NCBI GenBank assembly: GCA_034408725.1
Contig: JAWXCN010000181.1
Span: 1-15,045 of the forward strand
Direction: 5' to 3'
Length of the DNA stretch: 15,045 nucleotides
Origin: Candidatus Hydrogenedentota bacterium
GTDB lineage: Bacteria > Hydrogenedentota > Hydrogenedentia > Hydrogenedentales > SLHB01
Each line of letters begins with the position of its first letter. Positions within the stretch are counted from its first letter, which is position 1. Both the position numbers and the translations under genes were made by a program. Shown in pieces: positions 8,783 through 15,045 of the stretch. The notes under the pieces were generated by a model, which was not told the origin of the DNA, did no database searches, and worked only from the letters and a program-made list of their open reading frames with translations.

Positions 8783-11779
8783 TTACTGGACGTAGATGAA
8801 CTCCTTCAAATTGAAGATCGCGTGCGCAACGTCCTGCCAGACTGGTTGACATGATAGCAGTGCGGCAGTGTCCGCGCCGCGAACCGTGGCACAGTGTTGT
8901 GCCAATGTCACAAGGCGCGCCACCTCCTTACTCGCAGGAGGCCGCGCGAAAGCGGAAATGAACATTCCTTCCACGCGCTGTTCGGGCGATGCCGCCCGGT
9001 CCAGCATCACGCGCTCGCTCCAGTGTCTTGCCATCTCGATGACGAAGGGATCGTTTAACAACGCAAGCGCCTGATCGGGCACGTTCGTGGCGTCGCGCCG
9101 GCCGGTAGTGACCTTGGGAATCGGTTGATTGAACAGGGCTAGAAATCTAGGCGGTTCCATCAAGGTCATTTTAAGATACAAACCGCGGCGCCCATCGCCA
9201 TCGATGGGCCCGCTATACAGTCGCTTCGTCGCGTCTTCCGCAACGCGATACGGATTCACCGGTTCGCCCGACAAACTTGCGTCCAGCCGGCCGGACACCG
9301 CCAGCATCGCGTCGCGAATAGATTCAGCTTCCAGACGCCGCATCGGCAGGTGATGCCACAGACGGTTCTCCGGGTCCGCCGCACTTGCCGCTTCATCTGG
9401 AACACTGGTCTGCCTCCACGCCGTCGAAGTGACCAAGTGCGTCACAAGTTTTTTCGCCGACCACCCTTCGTCCATGAACCGCCGGGCAAGCCAATCCAGT
9501 AGTTCGGGGTGCGACGGCTTTTCCCCAAGCTGGCCAAAATCATCCACCGTGCGAACAAGCCCTTCGCCAAATAAATGGCCCCAAACCCGGTTGACAAAAA
9601 CGCGCGCGGTTAGTGGGTTTTGGTCACTGGCAATGCTTTGCGCAAACTCAAGCCGCCCGCTGGCGTGTTCATGCGCAATGGGCGCGGGCCCGCCCAGAAA
9701 GCGAATCGTGCCACGGGGCGCGGCATCGCCGAATTCGGTATACGATCCCCGAACGCCCACGCGTTCGTCGCGGCCTTCATTCCAATCGTCCACCGAACCC
9801 ACCACACGGTCCGGCTGCAGCCGCTTTTCCGTTTCGCGGTACTGCGCGACCAATAGCGCGAGCGCGGGATTCGCCAGCGCGTCGTTTGGCAACCATTTCG
9901 CTGCAAGCGCTTCATTGATTAAGCGCACGTCTTCGCGCGTACACGCGCCATCGCGCCATTGCTCGACCGCCGACATCACGGCAACTGCAAGCCGCGCAGA
10001 CAATTCTTGCTTGCTCGTGGGCGGGGCCGTGCTCGAGAATAACGCGCCGAACCTTCCCAGTTCGTCCTTGGGAGCGGCGCCCGCCGCATGTTGCACTACG
10101 CGTGAAACCCCGAACCACGATCGCCCATCCTTTTCGTCTACGTCTTTCACGCCCCCATATGCGGTCCGTGGCGGGAAATAATTGTTGAGCGATTTCGTCA
10201 CCAGTTCGAGGTAAACACGGCGCGGCGTTGGGTCGGAACCTCCGGCCAATGCCGCGAAATTCCCAGCGGTGAGCGTGAGCCATGCCTGCGCGGGCGCGTC
10301 GAGAAATTTCATGCGCTCGCTATGCAGCGCATTCTCGACGACCAATGACTGCGCCGCGAATTGTCCCCCGCCATATTCAACCGATAACACCGGCGGCGGG
10401 TCCTGTTCAAACAGCGGACTGCGCAACGCCCCGGCAAGGCGCGAGGACCACACATGCGTCCAACGTCCCGCGGGCAACACCTGCGCGATTGCCGCGCCAC
10501 CCTCGTCAGCCACGACAATTTCGCCGTCGCGCACCAGTCCGTGCTTCATGCCGGAGCCATCCAACTGCCAACCGGCGGGTATTGTCTCACCTGTAAAATC
10601 AGCGACTGAGAGCAGGTTCGCCGCGTTGTCCGCGACGCGCTTTTCGCGCTCCGACTTGAATTCAGCCGCGAAAGCCGTCCACGCCGTTTCAATCGAGCCG
10701 CTGTCTTTCGCATCGAAATTGATGCGCTGCCAAATCGCGCTCAACGATTCTGGAAACGGTTGGACCGGGGGGGCCGCCTTCGTATCGGGCGTACTCGTCG
10801 GCGCTGATGCTATCTTCTCTGCAATGAAATCGTCCGCCGCAAGCCAATGCTGTGTCATTTCACCCCGGATTCCTTGCTTGAGGCCTTTCAACTCTTCCAA
10901 CACCGCCAGGTTTGGATCAACCGTGTCCGCGCAACGAACGGTCCATCGCGAACTCATAAAGATACCGGCCAAGCCGAAGTAGTCGCGTTGCGACACCGCA
11001 TCCAATTTGTGATCATGGCACTGTGCGCAGGCTACGGTCGTGGCGAGATAGCCTTTGCTTACGGTGTCGATGATATTCGCCATCGCTTCTTGCGTGACGC
11101 CTTCGGCATCGGCATTGTCGCCGTGACGCCGTTCACCGAGCCGCATGGACATCGGGCCGATAATGGACTCGTTCAATCCCGTCGCAGCATCCGCGCGCGG
11201 CTCGATGAGGTCGCCCGCGATCTGTTCCAGAATGAGTTGCTTAAACGAAACGTCCGCATTGAATGCGCGGATAAGATAGTCGCGGTACATCCACGCATTC
11301 TTCGCGGGAGTATCCCATTCATAACCATGCGTATCGGAATAATGGACGACATCCATCCAGTGCCGCGCCCAGTGCTCGCCGAAATGCGGACTATCTATCA
11401 GCGATTGCACCAGTTCGCCGTAAGCGTCCGGCGAGGTACTCGAAGCGAAACGCTCGACGTCTTCCAGGCTCGGTGGCAACCCTGTCAGCGCAAAGCTCAA
11501 TCGCCGCGCAAGGGTGCGCGGATCAGCCTCCGCGGCCGGCTGGAGTCCCTTTGCCTCAAGCGCCGCAAGTATAAAATGATCCACCTCGTTGCGCGGCCAC
11601 GATGTTTCATTCACCGAAGGTGGCGGCGGCGCGGCAACGGGCTGAAGACTCCACCACGCGAGACGTTCGCGATAAACCGATTCCCAGTCCGTGCCCGCGG
11701 CATTCGCCGAAATGCACGGGATTACGCCGTACAAAATAACGCGGGAGATAAGGCCGAATTGAAGTCGAGCGGACAGCAT
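8783..11779 (-). CDS. DUF1549 (PSCyt2) / DUF1553 (PSD1) domain protein with a single CxxCH heme-binding motif
   Basis: WWSLQPV, NEVDHFILAAL, RRLSFALTGLPP, FGEHWARHWMDVVHYSDT, CAQCHDHKLD (CxxCH at 11015-11029), NPLTARVFVNRVW, PSHPELLDWLA, RRLEAESIRDAML and QALALLNDPF. It lies directly upstream of a DUF1501 gene, the usual pairing. Confidence 0.93.
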   Translation of the reverse strand: MLSARLQFGLISRVILYGVIPCISANAAGTDWESVYRERLAWWSLQPVAAPPPPSVNETSWPRNEVDHFILAALEAKGLQPAAEADPRTLARRLSFALTGLPPSLEDVERFASSTSPDAYGELVQSLIDSPHFGEHWARHWMDVVHYSDTHGYEWDTPAKNAWMYRDYLIRAFNADVSFKQLILEQIAGDLIEPRADAATGLNESIIGPMSMRLGERRHGDNADAEGVTQEAMANIIDTVSKGYLATTVACAQCHDHKLDAVSQRDYFGLAGIFMSSRWTVRCADTVDPNLAVLEELKGLKQGIRGEMTQHWLAADDFIAEKIASAPTSTPDTKAAPPVQPFPESLSAIWQRINFDAKDSGSIETAWTAFAAEFKSEREKRVADNAANLLSVADFTGETIPAGWQLDGSGMKHGLVRDGEIVVADEGGAAIAQVLPAGRWTHVWSSRLAGALRSPLFEQDPPPVLSVEYGGGQFAAQSLVVENALHSERMKFLDAPAQAWLTLTAGNFAALAGGSDPTPRRVYLELVTKSLNNYFPPRTAYGGVKDVDEKDGRSWFGVSRVVQHAAGAAPKDELGRFGALFSSTAPPTSKQELSARLAVAVMSAVEQWRDGACTREDVRLINEALAAKWLPNDALANPALALLVAQYRETEKRLQPDRVVGSVDDWNEGRDERVGVRGSYTEFGDAAPRGTIRFLGGPAPIAHEHASGRLEFAQSIASDQNPLTARVFVNRVWGHLFGEGLVRTVDDFGQLGEKPSHPELLDWLARRFMDEGWSAKKLVTHLVTSTAWRQTSVPDEAASAADPENRLWHHLPMRRLEAESIRDAMLAVSGRLDASLSGEPVNPYRVAEDATKRLYSGPIDGDGRRGLYLKMTLMEPPRFLALFNQPIPKVTTGRRDATNVPDQALALLNDPFVIEMARHWSERVMLDRAASPEQRVEGMFISAFARPPASKEVARLVTLAQHCATVRGADTAALLSCQPVWQDVAHAIFNLKEFIYVQ

Positions 11780-11852
11780 GAGTTTCTACCTGGCTGCACA
11801 TCAAGCACTACCAACACCCTATGTGACTTCAAAGATAAAACGCAATTTCAGA

Positions 11853-11901
11853 CGGGGACTGTCACCGGCATCGCGTTTTGGATGCCGGTGGCTGTCCCCT
11901 A
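11853..11901. repeat. REP-like inverted repeat element (GGGGACAGCCACC...GGTGACAGTCCCC family), copy 2, opposite orientation to copy 1
   Basis: Arms at 11854-11872 (GGGGACTGTCACCGGCATC) and 11881-11899 (GATGCCGGTGGCTGTCCCC). The reverse complement shares TAGGGGACAGCCACC and GGTGACAGTCCCCG exactly with 4370-4443. Confidence 0.87.
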
Positions 11902-11971
11902 TCGCCGAAAGCGAACAAACCAGAGGCACGTTATCAATAACGATTACAAGCGCGAAAAGTTAAAGAAAAAA

Positions 11972-12056
11972 TGGCGGAGGGTGAGGGACTCGAACCCTCA
12001 AGCCCGAAGGCGCCGGTTTTCAAGACCGGTGGATTAGCCAGTTATCCTAACCCTCC
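11972..12056 (-). tRNA. tRNA-Ser (anticodon TGA), 85 nt, CCA encoded
   Basis: The reverse complement folds as GGAGGGT TA GGAT-AACTGGCTA-ATCC A CCGGT-CT TGA AA-ACCGG C GCC-TTCG-GGC TT GAGGG-TTCGAGT-CCCTC ACCCTCC G CCA. Discriminator G73 and the G1-C72/G2-C71/A3-U70 pairs fit Ser. Confidence 0.96.
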
Positions 12057-12076
12057 GCATGCACGAAAGTGGCTAT

Positions 12077-12082
12077 ATTGTA
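12077..12082 (-). promoter_or_regulatory. Putative -10 element of the tRNA promoter
   Basis: TACAAT on the minus strand 20 nt upstream of the mature tRNA 5' end. No convincing -35 element. Confidence 0.35.
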
Positions 12083-12115
12083 CTGTATTTCGCGCCGTTA
12101 TGCCTTTCGAGAACA

Positions 12116-12220
12116 TTTTCGTGCTCGTCATCGTAATCGTCACTCGGAATTCTCGTTTTTTAGGACCGAACGAGATGCGATATACGATTACGATGACGAG
12201 CACGAGCACGAGCACGAAAA
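12116..12220. repeat. Long inverted repeat built of hexamer-periodic (NTCGTN / NACGAN) units
   Basis: 12119-12140 (TCGTGCTCGTCATCGTAATCGT) is the perfect 22-bp reverse complement of 12184-12205. The right arm continues with two more GCACGA units. An inner stem pairs TCTCGTT (12151-12157) with AACGAGA (12169-12175). Confidence 0.88.
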
Positions 12221-12252
12221 ACTGAACAGTTGGCTGGGTGAAGTAAGTGGAA

Positions 12253-13074
12253 CTACGCCTCGCGCTCAATTTCTTCCTGGGACATCCAATGGTGCATCAG
12301 TGGTCCGTGTCCTTTGCCAAGTGGCAGCGCGTGTCGTATCGCTTTCGTAAGATAGGCTTTCGCGCCTTCGACGGACGCCACCACGCTAAACCCTTTGGCG
12401 AGCAAACCCGTTATTGCCGCGGAAAATGTACAGCCCGTTCCATGGGTGTTTTTCGTATCAATGCGCGACGCGGAAAATGTCTGAAACGCCGTACCGTCAT
12501 ACAAGAGATCAATGGCTTCCGGACCGGTCAGATGCCCGCCCTTGATTACCACGAACCGAGGACCTTTCGCATGCAACAGTTTTGCGGCGTGCTGCATATC
12601 ATCCATCGTGCTTATGCGCATGCCGGTCAGCGACTCCGCTTCGGGCAGGTTTGGCGTGACGACGTATGCGAGTGGTAGCAATTCAGTATTGAGCGCGTCC
12701 CGCGCGGAATCCTGCAACAGCGCATCGCCGCTCTTCGCAACCATCACGGGATCGACAACGAGTTTTTCGATCCTGTTACGGCGCACGGCATCTGCGACCG
12801 CGTGAACAATTTCCGCGTTTGATAGCATGCCGGTCTTCGCCGCGTCGAGGCCGATGTCCTGCACAACAAGATCAATCTGCTGCGCGACAAACGCAGCAGG
12901 CACGTCATGTACGCCCGCGACGCCGACCGTATTTTGCGCGGTGATTGACGTAATCGCCGACATGCCGTAAACGTTCAACGCCGCGAAAGTCTTCAGGTCC
13001 GCCTGAATGCCCGCGCCGCCGCCGGAATCGCTTCCCGCAATGGTCAACGCGCGGGGTATGGCCAAATTATTCAT
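12253..13074 (-). CDS. thiD: Hydroxymethylpyrimidine / phosphomethylpyrimidine kinase
   Basis: ALTIAGSDSGGGAGIQADLKTF, TAQNTVGV, AAKTGML, VVDPVMVAKSG, VVTPNLPEAE, VIKGGH, NTHGTGCTFSAAI and LGKGHGP. Confidence 0.97.
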   Translation of the reverse strand: MNNLAIPRALTIAGSDSGGGAGIQADLKTFAALNVYGMSAITSITAQNTVGVAGVHDVPAAFVAQQIDLVVQDIGLDAAKTGMLSNAEIVHAVADAVRRNRIEKLVVDPVMVAKSGDALLQDSARDALNTELLPLAYVVTPNLPEAESLTGMRISTMDDMQHAAKLLHAKGPRFVVIKGGHLTGPEAIDLLYDGTAFQTFSASRIDTKNTHGTGCTFSAAITGLLAKGFSVVASVEGAKAYLTKAIRHALPLGKGHGPLMHHWMSQEEIEREA

Positions 13075-14275
13075 AAACGATTATTCCTGCTATGCACGCG
13101 GTCATTAAACTTGCCAAAGCGCCGCCTGCAAACGCTTTCAAGCTGAGCTTGGCCACATCCGCCCGGCGTTCGGGCGCGATCGCGTCTAGCCCGGCAAGCG
13201 TGATGCCGATGCTGCCGGGATTGGCGAAACTGCAAAGGGCATACGTTGCGATGGTAACGCTACGTTGACTGATCGCGTTGGTTTCAATCAATTTCTGTAA
13301 ATCCAGGTAACTCACAAATTCGTTGAGCACGGTCTTCTTGCCCAGCAGTTTTGCCACCTCCGTCACATCTTCACTTGGAACGCCAAGGAGCCAGGCCATC
13401 GGCCGGAATACATAGCCAAGTGCGTCCACAAACGTGTAGCCGGTCATGGTCACAAACAGAAGATCGAGTAAGAATACCATTCCAATGAAGACAATCAGGA
13501 TCGCGCCCACGTGCAGGGCCATGTTCAATCCTTGCGCGGTCCCCTGCGCGGCCGCGTCAATGACATTGTGCGATTCGACAGGTACGTGAATGCGGGCGTC
13601 GCCTGAAGTCTCGGGCGTTTCGGTCTCTGGCACGAGGATTTTCGCGAGCAGGATCGCCGCGGGCGCGGTCATGAATGAAGCCGTCAGCAAATGGCCCGCC
13701 TCGGCTCCAAAGGTCGAGTACACGACCATTACACTGCCCGCAATGGTTCCCATGTAGGTCGTCATGATCACGCACAGCTCGGACCGCGTCATCTTCTGAA
13801 TATACGCGCGCACCGCGGTACACGCCTCGATGCCCAAAAAAATCTGTAATGCCGCGCAAAAAGTTTCCGCACCGGACGTCTTCAGGGTGCGGCGCATCAG
13901 CCATGCAATCACGCCAACCACCGCCTGGATTATTCGCAAATGGTGCAGCACCGCCGAAAGCGCGGACACGAAAATAATGACCGGCAACACCTGGAAGGCG
14001 AATATAGCGCCGATCCCCGGATCGGTTGGCAGCTTTCCAAAAACGAATGACGCGCCAGAAAGGGTTGCATCAGTAAGAACATTCACCGCGGCCTGCGCCC
14101 GCGGAAAGATCGCTTCGCGCAAAGGCGTTTTAAGGACAGCGAGCGCAATGGCGAACTGCAGGACCAAGCCCCATGCAACCAGCCGCCAGGATATGGCCCG
14201 CCGGTTCTCCGAGAGGCCCCACGCGATGGCGATCATTACGATTAACCCCAGCGCGCTGATGAGCCGCAATGTCAT
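13067..14275 (-). CDS. nupC: NupC/NupG-family (CNT) nucleoside transporter
   Basis: SENRRAISWR, GASFVFG, FAFQVLPVIIFVSAL, TSGAET, MTRSEL, TIAGSV, HLLTASFMTAPA, KTVLNEFVSY and TYALCSFANPGSIGI. Its 3' end overlaps the thiD start by 8 nt (ATGAATAA). Confidence 0.92.
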   Translation of the reverse strand: MTLRLISALGLIVMIAIAWGLSENRRAISWRLVAWGLVLQFAIALAVLKTPLREAIFPRAQAAVNVLTDATLSGASFVFGKLPTDPGIGAIFAFQVLPVIIFVSALSAVLHHLRIIQAVVGVIAWLMRRTLKTSGAETFCAALQIFLGIEACTAVRAYIQKMTRSELCVIMTTYMGTIAGSVMVVYSTFGAEAGHLLTASFMTAPAAILLAKILVPETETPETSGDARIHVPVESHNVIDAAAQGTAQGLNMALHVGAILIVFIGMVFLLDLLFVTMTGYTFVDALGYVFRPMAWLLGVPSEDVTEVAKLLGKKTVLNEFVSYLDLQKLIETNAISQRSVTIATYALCSFANPGSIGITLAGLDAIAPERRADVAKLSLKAFAGGALASLMTACIAGIIVYE

Positions 14276-14393
14276 GAAGCACCCACCTGTTTACGCGCCA
14301 ACCACGCGCTTTTCGCCAATGTGTGAACGAAGTAGCGTGACGGGCATTGAACTGAACACGACAAAAAGTCAGTTTTCGGTCCACGGCCAAAAT

Positions 14394-15044
14394 TCATTTC
14401 GATGCTCCCGGCATCGATATCGATACGACGGGGGGAAGAATTGCGCGGGCGCGCAGGTCCGCGGCGAGTTGTGTGGTAGCCCAGGCCCTGCCTTCCGCGC
14501 TCAGGTGATCGGAGTCCTTGAACATGTTGCTCTGCCCAAACAGCGCTTCATGATAGTTTATGAGGGTAATTTCAGGATGCGCATCGAGCATTCGCTGGAC
14601 CAGCGCCTCCCACTCGGGCATCGGCAGCAATTCCGAGGCGGCTTCGTGATAGAGTCGCGTCACCGGAAGCCGCACCCATACCAATGATACGCCGTTCACC
14701 TCACACAGCTCTGCGATGCGGCGAAAGTAATCCAGGGATTCATCATCATCCCAACGGCGAGAAGCGAGGTGGTAGTGCGCGGCGAGGCTTGCCGCAACTT
14801 CGGGTGTGCCAATCGGGCCAAAAATCTTTTCAAGGCTTCGCTCCATCCGCTCACGGCCGGATTCGAGGCCCGTGACGTGGTTGATCACTTCCGCGGCTTT
14901 TCCGGCGTAGGGCGCTGCGCGAAACTGCACCCAATCCTGGAACACGGAGATATAGTCATTTCGCGAACGTGCGACTTCACAATAATCGACGTATGGCGCC
15001 CAGCCGGGACCTTCGAGCATTTCTGTCCGGTAATCCGAAAATGA
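14394..15044 (-). CDS. Hypothetical protein, 5'-truncated, SGNH/DltD/AlgJ-like C-terminus
   Basis: The frame is open to the window edge (SFSDYRTEMLEG...). It contains LCEVNGVSLVWVRLP and FKDSDHLSAEG, a D-x-x-H-L-x-x-x-G motif typical of SGNH-type esterase/acyltransferase folds. Confidence 0.6.
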   Translation of the reverse strand, partial: SFSDYRTEMLEGPGWAPYVDYCEVARSRNDYISVFQDWVQFRAAPYAGKAAEVINHVTGLESGRERMERSLEKIFGPIGTPEVAASLAAHYHLASRRWDDDESLDYFRRIAELCEVNGVSLVWVRLPVTRLYHEAASELLPMPEWEALVQRMLDAHPEITLINYHEALFGQSNMFKDSDHLSAEGRAWATTQLAADLRARAILPPVVSISMPGASK

Positions 15045-15045
15045 A

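Noticed and set aside
10847-12037. 396-aa plus-strand ORF and other long antisense ORFs (e.g. 6675-7412, 9429-10181, 13830-14687)
   Set aside because: Shadow frames opposite well-supported genes or the tRNA in GC-rich DNA, with no recognisable motifs.
11972-12056. tRNA as a stop suppressor or selenocysteine tRNA explaining the NRPS TAA
   Set aside because: Anticodon UGA decodes UCA (Ser), not a stop codon, and the fold is a canonical 7/5.
4290-12220. CRISPR array or IS element
   Set aside because: There are no regularly spaced direct repeats with spacers, and no cas, transposase or integrase gene in the window.
11971-12350. Short ORFs with VLVLVIVIV, TSTSTST or DDEHEHEHE tracts
   Set aside because: They are translations of the tRNA and the hexamer inverted repeat.
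14276-14393. TPP riboswitch upstream of nupC-thiD
   Set aside because: No CTGAGA or matching conserved core on the minus strand.
14414-14425. Palindrome ATCGATATCGAT
   Set aside because: Short, inside a coding 3' end, and without further support.

Overview
Bacterial window of roughly 57-60% GC (estimated by eye). The gene content (DUF1549/DUF1553 plus DUF1501 pair, exported ADP-ribosylglycohydrolase-like and Asp-box proteins) suggests a Planctomycetota- or Hydrogenedentota-like organism; this is inference only. From left to right: the 3' end of an NRPS (A-PCP-TE termination module) whose frame has an in-frame TAA exactly at the conserved Tyr of the A5 motif; a convergent DUF421 membrane protein; a family 1 glycosyltransferase; a minus-strand four-gene block (DUF1549/DUF1553 heme-motif protein, DUF1501 Tat protein, BNR/sialidase-like protein, ADP-ribosylglycohydrolase-like protein); tRNA-Ser(TGA) with a short variable arm; thiD; a NupC/CNT nucleoside transporter; and the 3' part of an SGNH-like hypothetical protein. 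The intergenic spaces hold three distinct families of REP/REPIN-like palindromic elements, and two of them recur on both sides of the four-gene block.
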